Below, in pieces: positions 20,935 to 29,350 of a stretch of DNA of 64,000 nt. The number at the start of each line of letters is the position of its first letter. Position 1 is the stretch's first letter. The notes below the pieces were generated by a model, which saw only the letters and a list, made by a program, of their open reading frames with translations, ran no database searches and had not been told where the DNA came from. The stretch spans positions 612 to 64,611 of the forward strand of contig JAMQPK010000021.1 of assembly GCA_023717525.1 (NCBI GenBank), written 5' to 3'. Made by a program: the position numbers and the translations under genes. The DNA is from Vicinamibacterales bacterium (lineage in GTDB: Bacteria > Acidobacteriota > Vicinamibacteria > Vicinamibacterales > JAMQPK01).

Positions 20935-20943
20935 ACACCGACA

Positions 20944-21006
20944 GGTGTGCGGGGAAGCCCCGCGCACACCCCCTCGTGGTGTGCGGATGGTGCCCACGGC
21001 GCACAT
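20944..21006 (+). promoter_or_regulatory. Two palindromic upstream activator-like sites: GTGTGCG-N11-CGCACAC and GTGTGCG-N13-CGCACAT
   Basis: Read directly. The half-site GGTGTGCGG occurs twice (20944-20952 and 20979-20987), each with an inverted partner (20963-20969 and 21000-21006), about 35 bp apart and about 65-125 bp upstream of the -24/-12 element. Confidence 0.5.
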
Positions 21007-21029
21007 GTCTCGTATCGACACAAATCATT

Positions 21030-21042
21030 TAAGATATTGATA
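21030..21042 (-). promoter_or_regulatory. IHF-site-like element (TATCAATATCTTA matches WATCAANNNNTTR)
   Basis: The minus strand reads TATCAATATCTTA. It sits in a strikingly AT-rich patch (AAGATATTGATATTAAAGATATT) between the palindromes and the -24/-12 element. Confidence 0.35.
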
Positions 21043-21070
21043 TTAAAGATATTACAGTTGTCTTGGGATA

Positions 21071-21086
21071 TGGCACAGCCTCCGCA
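21071..21086 (+). promoter_or_regulatory. Sigma-54 (-24/-12) promoter: TGGCAC-N5-CCGCA
   Basis: TGGCACAGCCTCCGCA has GG and GC spaced exactly as in the TGGCAC-N5-TTGCW consensus. It lies about 53 bp upstream of the GTG at 21139 and immediately downstream of a sigma54 activator gene. Confidence 0.6.
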
Positions 21087-21138
21087 TTAGGAACGGGCAT
21101 CGGCGCACAAAGCGCCGGACGTTTTGAGGAGAGCAGCC

Positions 21139-21609
21139 GTGAAGATCAAGCGCACTCTGGCACTGGCGGTCGTCGTCGGACTCAGCTTTTCGAGCGCCGC
21201 GTTCGCCGCCGAAAAGGAGGACGCCAGATTGGAACGCGAGCGCAGGCTCGATGCCGCGCAGCAGGCTTCGACGATGACGCCGATGGCTGGCTACGTGCCG
21301 GAGATGAAACGTCCCACGGCGCTTACTGCTCTTTATGCGACGCTCGGGGCTATGCAGGCGTGGGACGTCTACAGCACTACAGCAGCTCTGAAGGCAGGCG
21401 CGACGGAAGCGAACCCGATGGCCGCACCGTTTGCGGGCAACACCGGATCGATGCTGGGCATGAAGGCCGCAACCACGGTCGGAACGATTTTCTTCGCCGA
21501 GCGGATGTGGAAGAAGAACAAAGTGGGCGCCATCGTGATGATGGTCGCGATCAACAGCGCGACGGCTGCCGTTTCGATGCACAACATGCACAACGCCCAT
21601 AGTCGTTAG
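21139..21609 (+). CDS. DUF5658-like small membrane protein with signal peptide
   Basis: GTG at 21139, 7 nt after GAGGAG. Signal peptide ends ...SSAAFAAE. WDVYSTTAALKAGATEANPM matches the D..sT...l..G..E.NP motif of DUF5658. Two C-terminal hydrophobic segments. Confidence 0.65.
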   Translation: MKIKRTLALAVVVGLSFSSAAFAAEKEDARLERERRLDAAQQASTMTPMAGYVPEMKRPTALTALYATLGAMQAWDVYSTTAALKAGATEANPMAAPFAGNTGSMLGMKAATTVGTIFFAERMWKKNKVGAIVMMVAINSATAAVSMHNMHNAHSR

Positions 21610-21926
21610 TCGTTCGGCGTTGGTCGTTAGTCCCGGTCGTTGGTCGTTGGTCACAGTCGTTAGTCCCTTGCTCGCCTCGCCAACTGCATCGCTTACACAG
21701 TGAAGATCATCATCATTTGAACGCGCCGTGGTCTTGACAGCGCCATGGGCTGCGGCAAGGAATACTCGCTTCAGCCGATCAGTGAGATTCTGAACCTACA
21801 GGGTATCGACTTGGTGGCGGGATTCAAGCTGACGTCGGGCACGTCTCAGCGTTCGCATTGAGACTAACGACGAACGACTGAGACCAACGACTGGGACCAA
21901 TGACCAACGACGAACGACCAACGACT
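21601..21926. repeat. Long imperfect inverted repeat (arms about 65 nt of GTCGTTR heptamer-like units) flanking a roughly 195-bp unique core; MITE-like or giant hairpin
   Basis: The left arm (21601-21667) and the reverse complement of the right arm (21862-21926) align over the first 45 nt or so with about 7 mismatches. The arms touch the stop codons of the two convergent genes. Confidence 0.6.
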
Positions 21927-24046
21927 CAGTATGCTGTGACCTTCTCGATCGCCCTCAGGATGTCGTCGGTCTGCGGCAGGATCACTTCTTCCAGCTCGGG
22001 CGCGTAGGCCACCGGCGAATCCATGGCACCCACGCGTGTGACAGGGGCATCCAGATACTCGAACAGCTCTTCTGAAATCCGCGCGGCGAGTTCGGCGCCA
22101 AACCCACAGGTCAATTGATCCTCGTGCGCGACTATGACGCGGCTCGTGCGTTTCACCGCCTCTGCAATGGCATCCCAGTCGTAGGGCATGATCGTGCGCA
22201 GGTCGATGACGCTGACGCTGATACCCGACTTTTCCGCCATCTGCGCAGCCACGACAGAGCGCTGCACGAGCGCGCCGTAGGTAATCACGACGACATCAGT
22301 TCCCGGACGCCGCTCGATCGCACGGCCGAACGGAATCATGTAGTTCGGACCGGGGTACTCGCCCTTGTTGTACGTCTGGCGATACAGGTGCTTGTGCTCC
22401 AGGAACATGACTGGATCGTCGCACCGGATCGACGTGCGAAGCAGTCCGGCCGCGTCAGCGGCCGTCGAGGGGAAGGCGATCCGCAGTCCCGGGCAGTGCG
22501 CAAAAATGCTTTCACCCGACTGGCTGTGATACACGCCGCCGCCCCGTAGATATCCGCCGGTCGCCACGCGAATGACGATGGGGCACTTGTAGGTATTGTT
22601 CGAGCGATACCGCAGCATCGTGAGCTCGTCGCGAATCTGCATCATCGCCGGCCAGATGTAGTCGAAGAACTGAATCTCGACCACCGGCTTGAGCCCGCGA
22701 ACAGCCAGTCCAATGGCTCGCCCGACGATGTTCGCTTCCGAGAGCGGCGAGTTGAAGACACGGACACTGCCGAACGTTTTCTGGAGCCCAAGTGTGGCCT
22801 TGAAGACACCGCCCTTTCCAGGAACTCTGTCGAGCAGTTCGGGCCGGCTGACGTCGGCGACATCCTGGCCGAACACCACCATGAAAGGGTTGTGCGCCAT
22901 TTCATCGTGGAGCGTCCTGTTGATGAGCGACACCATCGTTTCGGGCTTGCCGTCTGGCTCGGCCGGCGTGCTGAATGCGTCCGATGTGGGATGGACATCA
23001 GGCGAGCAGACGTAAAGGCCCGCCGATTCGACCGGCGGCCGCTCTGCCTTCAGCGCCCGATCGGCCGCGTCGGCAACCTCGATGTCCACGTCTCTGCGAG
23101 TGTCGGCCAGGGCCTGTTCGGAGGCGACTCCTTCAGCCACAAGCCATCGTGCCAGCTGCGTGATCGGATCACGTGCGGCTTCGAGCTCGCGTTCTTCGGG
23201 CGCCTTATACGCGCGTTCGTCGTCGGAATGCGAGTGGGAGTAGAGGCGAACGACTCTGGCGTGGACCAATGCGGGCCCCTTCCGGGCCCGGGCATAGGCG
23301 ACCGCCTCGCGCATCGCGCGATAGCTCTGCACGAGATCGGTACCGTCGACGCGAATGACCTCGAGATGTGGAAACGATTCGACCAGTCGAGAGATGTCGC
23401 CGCCGGGTGTGTGGAACTCGGAAGGGCACGAAATTGCGTAGCCGTTGTCCTCCACGAGGCAGACGACCGGCAGGCGTTCGGCACAAATCGCGCTGAGGAA
23501 CTCCCAGAACTCGCCTTCGCCCGTCGCCCCGTCCCCAATCGAGACGTACGTTACTTCGTCTTCAGTGACGGGCGGGGGAGGGGCTCCGAGCAATGGAAGT
23601 CGCTTCGATGCCTCGCCGCATCCGGCTGCATGAAGGCACTGCGTGCCGGTGGCGCTGGATCCGTTCACGATGTGCAGGGAAGGCTTGCTCCAGTGCGACG
23701 GCATCATGCGTCCGCCAGACGCCGGATCGTCCTTCGCGCCTACAGCGGCCAGGAGCATGTCGTGCGCGGTCATGCCGAGGACCAGTGCCAGCGCGCGGTC
23801 GCGGTAGTACGGAAAAAACCAGTCGTGCCCGGGCCTCAGGGCCATGCCGGCCGCCACCAGAATCGCTTCGTGGCCGGCGCCGCTGATTTGAAAGAAAATC
23901 TGGCTCTGATTCTTGAGCTGGATTTCCTTGTCATCGAGACGCCTCGACAACACCATCCAGCGATAGGCCTTGAGGAGCTCCTCGCGGGAAAGTCCTTCGT
24001 AGGTTCGTCGCGTCTTCTGCCCGTTGCTCACCGTCGAAGACTTCAT
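21926..24046 (-). CDS. Fused 2-oxoacid (branched-chain/pyruvate-type) dehydrogenase E1 component, alpha + beta subunits
   Basis: 706 aa. The N-terminal half carries the TPP-binding E1-alpha motif ([12 protein letters not shown]...NNGYAIS). The C-terminal half is transketolase-like E1-beta ([13 protein letters not shown]..., HSQS). Confidence 0.9.
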   Translation of the reverse strand: MKSSTVSNGQKTRRTYEGLSREELLKAYRWMVLSRRLDDKEIQLKNQSQIFFQISGAGHEAILVAAGMALRPGHDWFFPYYRDRALALVLGMTAHDMLLAAVGAKDDPASGGRMMPSHWSKPSLHIVNGSSATGTQCLHAAGCGEASKRLPLLGAPPPPVTEDEVTYVSIGDGATGEGEFWEFLSAICAERLPVVCLVEDNGYAISCPSEFHTPGGDISRLVESFPHLEVIRVDGTDLVQSYRAMREAVAYARARKGPALVHARVVRLYSHSHSDDERAYKAPEERELEAARDPITQLARWLVAEGVASEQALADTRRDVDIEVADAADRALKAERPPVESAGLYVCSPDVHPTSDAFSTPAEPDGKPETMVSLINRTLHDEMAHNPFMVVFGQDVADVSRPELLDRVPGKGGVFKATLGLQKTFGSVRVFNSPLSEANIVGRAIGLAVRGLKPVVEIQFFDYIWPAMMQIRDELTMLRYRSNNTYKCPIVIRVATGGYLRGGGVYHSQSGESIFAHCPGLRIAFPSTAADAAGLLRTSIRCDDPVMFLEHKHLYRQTYNKGEYPGPNYMIPFGRAIERRPGTDVVVITYGALVQRSVVAAQMAEKSGISVSVIDLRTIMPYDWDAIAEAVKRTSRVIVAHEDQLTCGFGAELAARISEELFEYLDAPVTRVGAMDSPVAYAPELEEVILPQTDDILRAIEKVTAY

Positions 24047-24109
24047 TCACGCTCCCCCGAACAGCAAATTATACATCGGTACGGGTGCTATAATTCGAGT
24101 CCAAAAGCC

Positions 24110-24445
24110 TTGCACCTTTCTCATCGTCTCTTTCGCTGGGACGAAATCGCGCTTGAAAAAGTTACCGAACTGGTTTCCCGGAAATTCGTGTCTGGAGAAC
24201 GGGAGACCATGGCGCAAATCTACCTGAAACGCGGCGCCATCGTGCCACAGCATTCGCACGAAAGCGAGCAATTGACGTACGTCCTGCAGGGGGCACTGAG
24301 GCTGCTGGTCGGCGGAGAGGAGGTCACCCTGCGGGAGGGTGAGGTGTTGCATATCCGTCCCGGCGTTGCGCATCAGGTCGAGGCCGTCGACGACACGTTC
24401 GTCTTGGGCGTCTTCAGCCCGGCCCGGCACGACTGGCTGGAGTAG
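24110..24445 (+). CDS. Cupin-domain protein
   Basis: The 3' end of a long shadow ORF. FRWDEIALEKV...GAIVPQHSHESEQLTYVLQGAL...GVAHQVEA is a classic cupin_2 pattern. TTG 24110 is proposed as the start; the alternative ATG 24209 would truncate the fold. Confidence 0.6.
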   Translation: MHLSHRLFRWDEIALEKVTELVSRKFVSGERETMAQIYLKRGAIVPQHSHESEQLTYVLQGALRLLVGGEEVTLREGEVLHIRPGVAHQVEAVDDTFVLGVFSPARHDWLE

Positions 24446-24547
24446 CGACCGCAACCTGAGCACCGGAACGCCCGTATCAAGATCCGGAGCGTGAGCGACG
24501 GCAGCGCGTGGGGTGGGGCCCCACGCGAACGTAATCAAGGAGGTCAT

Positions 24548-25111
24548 GTGGCGGGATTGGTGCTTGTCGGGGTCATGGTCCTGCTGGCGGTGTGGGGCAT
24601 CGCGTTGTACAACCGGTTGATCGGTCTTCGAAATCAGGTGTCGAACGGCTGGCGCCAGATTGACGTGCAGTTGAAGAGGCGGCACGATCTCATCCCCAAC
24701 CTCGTCAACACCGTGCGCGGCGCCATGGAATTCGAGCGCGACACGCTCACTCAAGTGATGGAGGCGCGCGCTCGCGCGCTTTCGGCAGTCGGCCCGGCGG
24801 ATGCGGCCAGAAAAGAAGGCGAACTGTCGCAGGCGCTCGGCCGCCTCCTTGCCGTGGCCGAGAACTACCCAACGCTGAAGGCCAATGAGAACGTGAAGAT
24901 GCTGCAGGAAGAGCTGACGTCAACGGAGAACAAAGTCGGCTTCGCGCGCCAGTTCTACAACGACATCTCGACCAGGTTCAACACGTCCCAGCAGACGTTT
25001 CCGTCCAGTCTCATTGCGTCCAGCCTGGGATTCACGCCGGCGGAGCTGTTCGAGTTGACCGACGCGGCTGAACGGCAGGTGCCGTCGGTCGATCTCTCCA
25101 TGAGGAAGTAG
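24548..25111 (+). CDS. LemA family protein
   Basis: GTG at 24548, 7 nt after AAGGAGG. One N-terminal TM, then YNRLIGLRNQVSNGWRQIDVQLKRRHDLIPNLV...NYPTLKANENV, the LemA signature. Confidence 0.9.
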   Translation: MAGLVLVGVMVLLAVWGIALYNRLIGLRNQVSNGWRQIDVQLKRRHDLIPNLVNTVRGAMEFERDTLTQVMEARARALSAVGPADAARKEGELSQALGRLLAVAENYPTLKANENVKMLQEELTSTENKVGFARQFYNDISTRFNTSQQTFPSSLIASSLGFTPAELFELTDAAERQVPSVDLSMRK

Positions 25112-25167
25112 GTCTGGCCGGAAACCTTTTCGAGCAGCAGGCCTCGAACCGGCGGCGAACGTGGGCG

Positions 25168-26088
25168 GTGATGGCCGTGTTCGTCGCCTTCGTCGCCTTT
25201 CTTGGATATGGATTCGACCGGTTCTATCTCGGTGCCGGCACGATGCCGTTTCCGATCGGCACCGTGTTCGCTCTGGGCTTTGGCAGCGTATCGGCAGTGT
25301 CTAGCTACTACGCCGGCGATCGTGCGGTGCTGCTGTCGACCGGCGCCGTCGCCCTTGATGAGGCCGCTGCGGCAGGGTCCGATGATGACCGGCTCAAACT
25401 CCAACAGTTGCAGAACGTCGTTGACGAGATGAGCATTGCTGCCGGCCTGCCGCGGCCGAAAGTCTACGTCGTGCCCGATCCCGATCCGAATGCCTTTGCG
25501 ACTGGACGGAACCAGGAGCACTCATCGATCGCGGTCACACGCGGACTCCTTGATGCGGTGAACCGCGAAGAACTTCAGGCCGTCGTGGCCCACGAGTTGA
25601 GCCACGTGCGCAACCTCGACATTCGATTGATGACCGTGATCGCGGCGATGGTTGGCGCGGCCGTGTTGATTTCCGACTGGGCCGGGCGAGGGCTGCGCAT
25701 GGGCGGCGGCAGCCGTGGCAAGAAGGATGGCAAGGCCAGCGGAGGCGCCGGGGTCATCCTCCTCGTGATCTGGATTGTGGCCGTCATCCTCGCGCCGTTG
25801 GTTGGTCAAGCGCTCGCCATGATGGTGTCGAGGCGGCGCGAGTATCTCGCTGACGCGTCCGCAGCAGAATTGACGCGCAACCCGCTGGCGCTCGCGAGCG
25901 CTCTCGAGAAGATCGACGCGGCGGCCGCGCCGACCGAGGCCGTCAAGCGCGGAACGGCACATTTGTGCATCGCCGATCCGCTAGGACGGGCTGTCGGTCT
26001 CAGGGAAGGGCCCTGGGCGAACCTCATGGCCTCGCATCCTCCCATGAAGAACCGCATTGCCGCCCTCCACGAGATGGGATTTCGCTGA
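25168..26088 (+). CDS. M48 family zinc metalloprotease (HtpX-like)
   Basis: HELSHVRN contains the HExxH motif. Multiple TM segments, and a position downstream of lemA that is typical. The frame is open back to 25072 and encodes a conserved-looking GNLFEQQASNRRRTW, so the true start may be further upstream (CTG 25114). Confidence 0.85.
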   Translation: MMAVFVAFVAFLGYGFDRFYLGAGTMPFPIGTVFALGFGSVSAVSSYYAGDRAVLLSTGAVALDEAAAAGSDDDRLKLQQLQNVVDEMSIAAGLPRPKVYVVPDPDPNAFATGRNQEHSSIAVTRGLLDAVNREELQAVVAHELSHVRNLDIRLMTVIAAMVGAAVLISDWAGRGLRMGGGSRGKKDGKASGGAGVILLVIWIVAVILAPLVGQALAMMVSRRREYLADASAAELTRNPLALASALEKIDAAAAPTEAVKRGTAHLCIADPLGRAVGLREGPWANLMASHPPMKNRIAALHEMGFR

Positions 26089-26549
26089 TGGCGCAGTCAT
26101 CCCCGATTCAACGATCAGGCGGGCAGAAGGGGCAGGCGATTGGCCTGGTGCTCGTGCGCATTTCCCTGGGGGTTTACTTGTTCTGCACCGGTGCCAGCAA
26201 GATTTCGTGGCTGCTTGATTCGACGCACCTGACCAGCCAGTTTGGGCAGTGGCTGAGCGACGCGACGCCGATGAGCCGGTGGTACCTCGACCGCATGATG
26301 CCGGGTGCCCCGATTTTCGCGCGCATCATTCCTGTGGCGGAAATGGCTGGAGGACTGGGGCTGGCATTGGGGGCCTGGCCGCGGCTGGCAGCGGCGCTGT
26401 GTCTCGTCGTGGTGTTGAACCTGCAGGTCGCTGCGGCGGCGATGTTCAGATTGTCGTACCTTACAGACGCCACCGGGTTACCGATCGTCGGTGCGCTGCT
26501 GGGGCTGATGATCGGAGGAGGGAAACTTCCGCTCAGCTTGCGCAAGTAA
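26088..26549 (+). CDS. DoxX-like integral membrane protein
   Basis: The ATG overlaps the upstream TGA (TGATG). About 4 hydrophobic helices; LVLVRISLGVYLFCTGASK resembles the DoxX N-terminal motif. Confidence 0.55.
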   Translation: MAQSSPIQRSGGQKGQAIGLVLVRISLGVYLFCTGASKISWLLDSTHLTSQFGQWLSDATPMSRWYLDRMMPGAPIFARIIPVAEMAGGLGLALGAWPRLAAALCLVVVLNLQVAAAAMFRLSYLTDATGLPIVGALLGLMIGGGKLPLSLRK

Positions 26550-26553
26550 TTTC

Positions 26554-26580
26554 AAATCTCAAATTTCAAATTTGAGATTT
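26554..26580. terminator. Perfect 13-bp AT-rich palindrome (AAATCTCAAATTT c AAATTTGAGATTT), probable bidirectional terminator
   Basis: Read directly. It is embedded in the heptamer array TTTCAAA TCTCAAA TTTCAAA TTTGAGA TTTCCAA (26550-26584), which fills the gap between convergent stops at 26549 and 26586. Confidence 0.6.
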
Positions 26581-26585
26581 CCAAT

Positions 26586-27323
26586 TCAGTGGATGCGCTT
26601 GTCGTTCTTGCCTCCAGTGTGGATCGCGAATTTCTTCCTCGCCTTGTCCATCTTCCACCGCAGATATCGGTACCTGACTTCGCTCGCAGGGCTGAAACGT
26701 GGGCGGCGGAGCAGCGCGTAGCCGGCGACGAGACCACCAAGATGCGTGATGTGCGCGACCCCGCTGCCCGAGCCCTCCACTGCCTGCAGAAGCACGATGA
26801 CGCCCACGATCATCACGAAGTACTTCGCGGGAATCGGAAACACGACAAGGAGAATTGTTCGGTTCGGAAAAATCAGACCGTACGCCAGCAGCAACCCGAA
26901 GATTGCACCCGATGCCCCAATGGTCACCGAGTCGTAGAGCGGCGCCGTCACCTCAAAAGGAAGAATCGAAAAGAGAATGGTTGTGACCCCCGCTGCAATG
27001 CCTGTGGCGAAGTAGTAACGGAGAAACGCCGGTGTGCCCCACATCCGCTCGAGTTCGGTGCCGAACATCCAGAGCGCGAGCATGTTGAACAGGATGTGGC
27101 CGATTCCCCCATGGAGGAACATGTAGGTGACGAGCTGCCAGAGGCGGAGCTGCTGGAAAATTGCCGCCGGCATCAGGCCCAGGAATTCCGTCATCCAGGG
27201 AAAGACGTACCGCGAGAGCAGGAACACCACCGCGTTAGTGATGATCAGCGCTTTGATGGCAGGTGAGAGAGGGCCGGGGCCGAACGAGTACGCGAGGTCG
27301 CGCGTCGATGGATAGCGGCGCAT
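26586..27323 (-). CDS. Rhomboid-family intramembrane serine protease
   Basis: 6-7 TM helices, the GASGAIFGLL catalytic Ser motif, and a later AHxxHLGG-like motif (AHITHLGGLVAG). Confidence 0.9.
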   Translation of the reverse strand: MRRYPSTRDLAYSFGPGPLSPAIKALIITNAVVFLLSRYVFPWMTEFLGLMPAAIFQQLRLWQLVTYMFLHGGIGHILFNMLALWMFGTELERMWGTPAFLRYYFATGIAAGVTTILFSILPFEVTAPLYDSVTIGASGAIFGLLLAYGLIFPNRTILLVVFPIPAKYFVMIVGVIVLLQAVEGSGSGVAHITHLGGLVAGYALLRRPRFSPASEVRYRYLRWKMDKARKKFAIHTGGKNDKRIH

Positions 27324-27333
27324 TCGTTCGAAT

Positions 27334-28899
27334 CTACCACGGTTTCAGGAGGCGCACGTTCTGCGAGAATTCCTCGATGCGAAGGAGATGCGCTGATGTT
27401 GCGAGCACCGCGATCCCGGCGCCGATCGCTGCAAACACCCGGATACTCTGGGTTGCGACGCTGGCGCCTGGGAAGGGGACGTGAAGCAGTCCCTCGGTTG
27501 CATATGCGGCGTAACCCATCGCGAGCGATGCAATGGAGATCTTGGTCAGCGTGACGAGCACCCGGGCGCCATCGAGACCCGCAAGCCGGCTTCGCAGGAG
27601 CCACAGAAGGATGCCGGCATTGGTGAGAGCCGACAACGCGGTGCCGAGCGCCAGCCCGCGATGGCCGAGCACGCCTACCAGCAGCACGCAGCACGCTACG
27701 TTCACTGCGACGCTGACAGCGGAGGCGATCAGCGGAATCCTGCCGCTGCCGAGCGCGTAGAAGGCGGGAGAGATCAACTTTACTGCCGAGTAGCCGACGA
27801 GGCCGGGTGAGTAATAAACCAGGGCTGCGGCGGTCGCGGTCGTATCGGTTGCCGTGAATCGTCCGTGCTCGAAGATGAGACGCACGATCGGCGTGGCGAG
27901 CACCAGCAGGCCTGCGGTCGCCGGCACGTTCAACATCAGCATCATCCGTAAGGCATTCGATACCGATTCGCGCACGCCGGCGTCGTTATCCGCGGCGGCG
28001 TGTCCCGAAATGTCCGGCATCGACGCCGTGGCAATCGACAAGCCGAACAGGCCGATTGGCATGTACATCAGGCGGAACGCATAGTCCAACCACGACACCG
28101 CGCCAGTGCCGAGGCTCGTGGCCAGCCAGCTATTCACGAAGAGATTGATTTGCACGGATGCGAGCCCCGCGACACCAGGCAGCATCAATCGTCCGATCTC
28201 ACGAAGCCATCGATCGCGAAGATCGACGGCTGGCCGGTAGCGAAAGCCCTCTTTCGTCAGCGCCGGCCATTGCAGGACCACCTGTCCCACGCCGCCGACC
28301 AGGGTGCCGATGCCAATCGCCAGAATCGGGGCGACACCCACTCGAGATGCCAGCGGCACGAGCGTGAGTGCGCAGAGAATGGCGCCCACGTTGAACATCG
28401 CCGGCGACAGCGCGGGGATGAAGAACCGATGCAACGCGTTCAACATGCCCATCAGTGCGGCAGCGATTGTGACCAACGTCAGAAAGGGGAACATGATCCG
28501 CGTCAGGCGAACCGTCAGCTCGAATTTTCCCGGCACCGCGCGAAAATCGCCGGCGTAAAGAGTGACGAGCGGTTCGGCGAAGAGCATGCCGGCGAGGGCG
28601 AGCACGCCCGTGACGATCAACAACACGCTGATGAGATTGCTGCCCGTCCGCCAGACGGCGGGCTTTCCGCCGGACGCGATCGCCCGCGTGAAGGTCGGGA
28701 CGAGCGCCGCGCTCATCGCGCCCTCTGCGAACAGGTCTCTGAGCATGTTGGGAAGGCGAAAGGCGATACGGAATGCATCCATGGCGTCGCCGGCGCCGAA
28801 GAGGAAGGCGAATACTTGATCTCTGACGAGACCGAGCACCCGGCTGGTCATCGTTGCGATGCCGATGACGCCAGCCGAGCGGAGAAGGGATCTGTTCAT
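27334..28899 (-). CDS. murJ: Lipid II flippase MurJ (MviN)
   Basis: 521 aa polytopic protein. The N-terminus ...MTSRVLGLVRDQVFAFLFGAGDAMDAFRIAFRLPNMLRDLFAEGA is the MurJ signature. Confidence 0.9.
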   Translation of the reverse strand: MNRSLLRSAGVIGIATMTSRVLGLVRDQVFAFLFGAGDAMDAFRIAFRLPNMLRDLFAEGAMSAALVPTFTRAIASGGKPAVWRTGSNLISVLLIVTGVLALAGMLFAEPLVTLYAGDFRAVPGKFELTVRLTRIMFPFLTLVTIAAALMGMLNALHRFFIPALSPAMFNVGAILCALTLVPLASRVGVAPILAIGIGTLVGGVGQVVLQWPALTKEGFRYRPAVDLRDRWLREIGRLMLPGVAGLASVQINLFVNSWLATSLGTGAVSWLDYAFRLMYMPIGLFGLSIATASMPDISGHAAADNDAGVRESVSNALRMMLMLNVPATAGLLVLATPIVRLIFEHGRFTATDTTATAAALVYYSPGLVGYSAVKLISPAFYALGSGRIPLIASAVSVAVNVACCVLLVGVLGHRGLALGTALSALTNAGILLWLLRSRLAGLDGARVLVTLTKISIASLAMGYAAYATEGLLHVPFPGASVATQSIRVFAAIGAGIAVLATSAHLLRIEEFSQNVRLLKPW

Positions 28900-29345
28900 C
28901 CTCCGAGCTTGCGGCGGACGATCTCGTTCACGGCTTTCCCGTCGACGGTCTTGCCCGCCAGCCCGGCCATGACGGCCTTCATGACCTTGCCCATGTCCCT
29001 GGCCGATGTGGCGCCGGTCGACGCAATGGCCGCATCGACGTCGCGCTCGAGCTCCGCCGCGTCTACGGCGGGCGGCAGATATGCTTCGAGGATCGCGATC
29101 TCCGCGGTCTCCCGATCGGCAAGATCCTTCCGGCCGCCCTTCAAGAATTGGTCGATGGAGTCGCGCCGCTGCTTCACGAGGCCTGCGACGACCTGACGGG
29201 CCTCGTTGTCATCGGGTGCGCGCCCCCGTTCCACCTCGCGGTTCATCAGCGCGGCCTTCAGCATGCGAAGCGGAACCAGGCGATTCTGATCTTTCGCTTT
29301 CATCGCGTCGGTGATGGCGCGGTTTACGTCTTCGGCTATGGACAT
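28896..29345 (-). CDS. GatB/YqeY domain protein
   Basis: 149 aa. DAMKAKDQNRL..LRMLKAAL..., EIAILEAYLP and DMGKVMKAVM match the YqeY family. Confidence 0.85.
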   Translation of the reverse strand: MSIAEDVNRAITDAMKAKDQNRLVPLRMLKAALMNREVERGRAPDDNEARQVVAGLVKQRRDSIDQFLKGGRKDLADRETAEIAILEAYLPPAVDAAELERDVDAAIASTGATSARDMGKVMKAVMAGLAGKTVDGKAVNEIVRRKLGG

Positions 29346-29350
29346 AGGCC

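Noticed and set aside
20945-20969. The hairpin GTGTGCGGGG-AAG-CCCCGCGCACAC read as the intrinsic terminator of the sigma54 activator gene
   Set aside because: No T-run follows it. The same half-site recurs 35 bp downstream as a second palindrome, which fits an enhancer-binding-protein site better. A dual role cannot be excluded.
21745-21861. A 38-codon ORF (MGCGKEYSLQPISEILNLQGIDLVAGFKLTSGTSQRSH) in the core of the MITE-like element as a real gene
   Set aside because: It has no convincing Shine-Dalgarno sequence and no recognisable motif, and it is too short to judge codon bias by eye. It is kept only as a note inside the element finding.
22892-24109. A 517-aa plus-strand ORF running antisense through the E1 dehydrogenase gene
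   Set aside because: The translation is Arg/Ala/Gly-rich with no domain signature, typical of a shadow ORF in GC-rich DNA. The opposite strand encodes a clear TPP-dependent E1. Only the last 110 codons or so (the cupin) look real.
24466-24486. The GCGTGGGG-TGGGG-CCCCACGC hairpin after the cupin gene as a terminator
   Set aside because: The stem is plausible, but no U-tract follows and it lies within the lemA 5' region. The support is too weak to annotate.
28000-29196. A 398-aa plus-strand ORF opposite murJ/yqeY
   Set aside because: It is antisense to two well-supported genes. Its Arg/His/Glu-rich composition shows no domain pattern.
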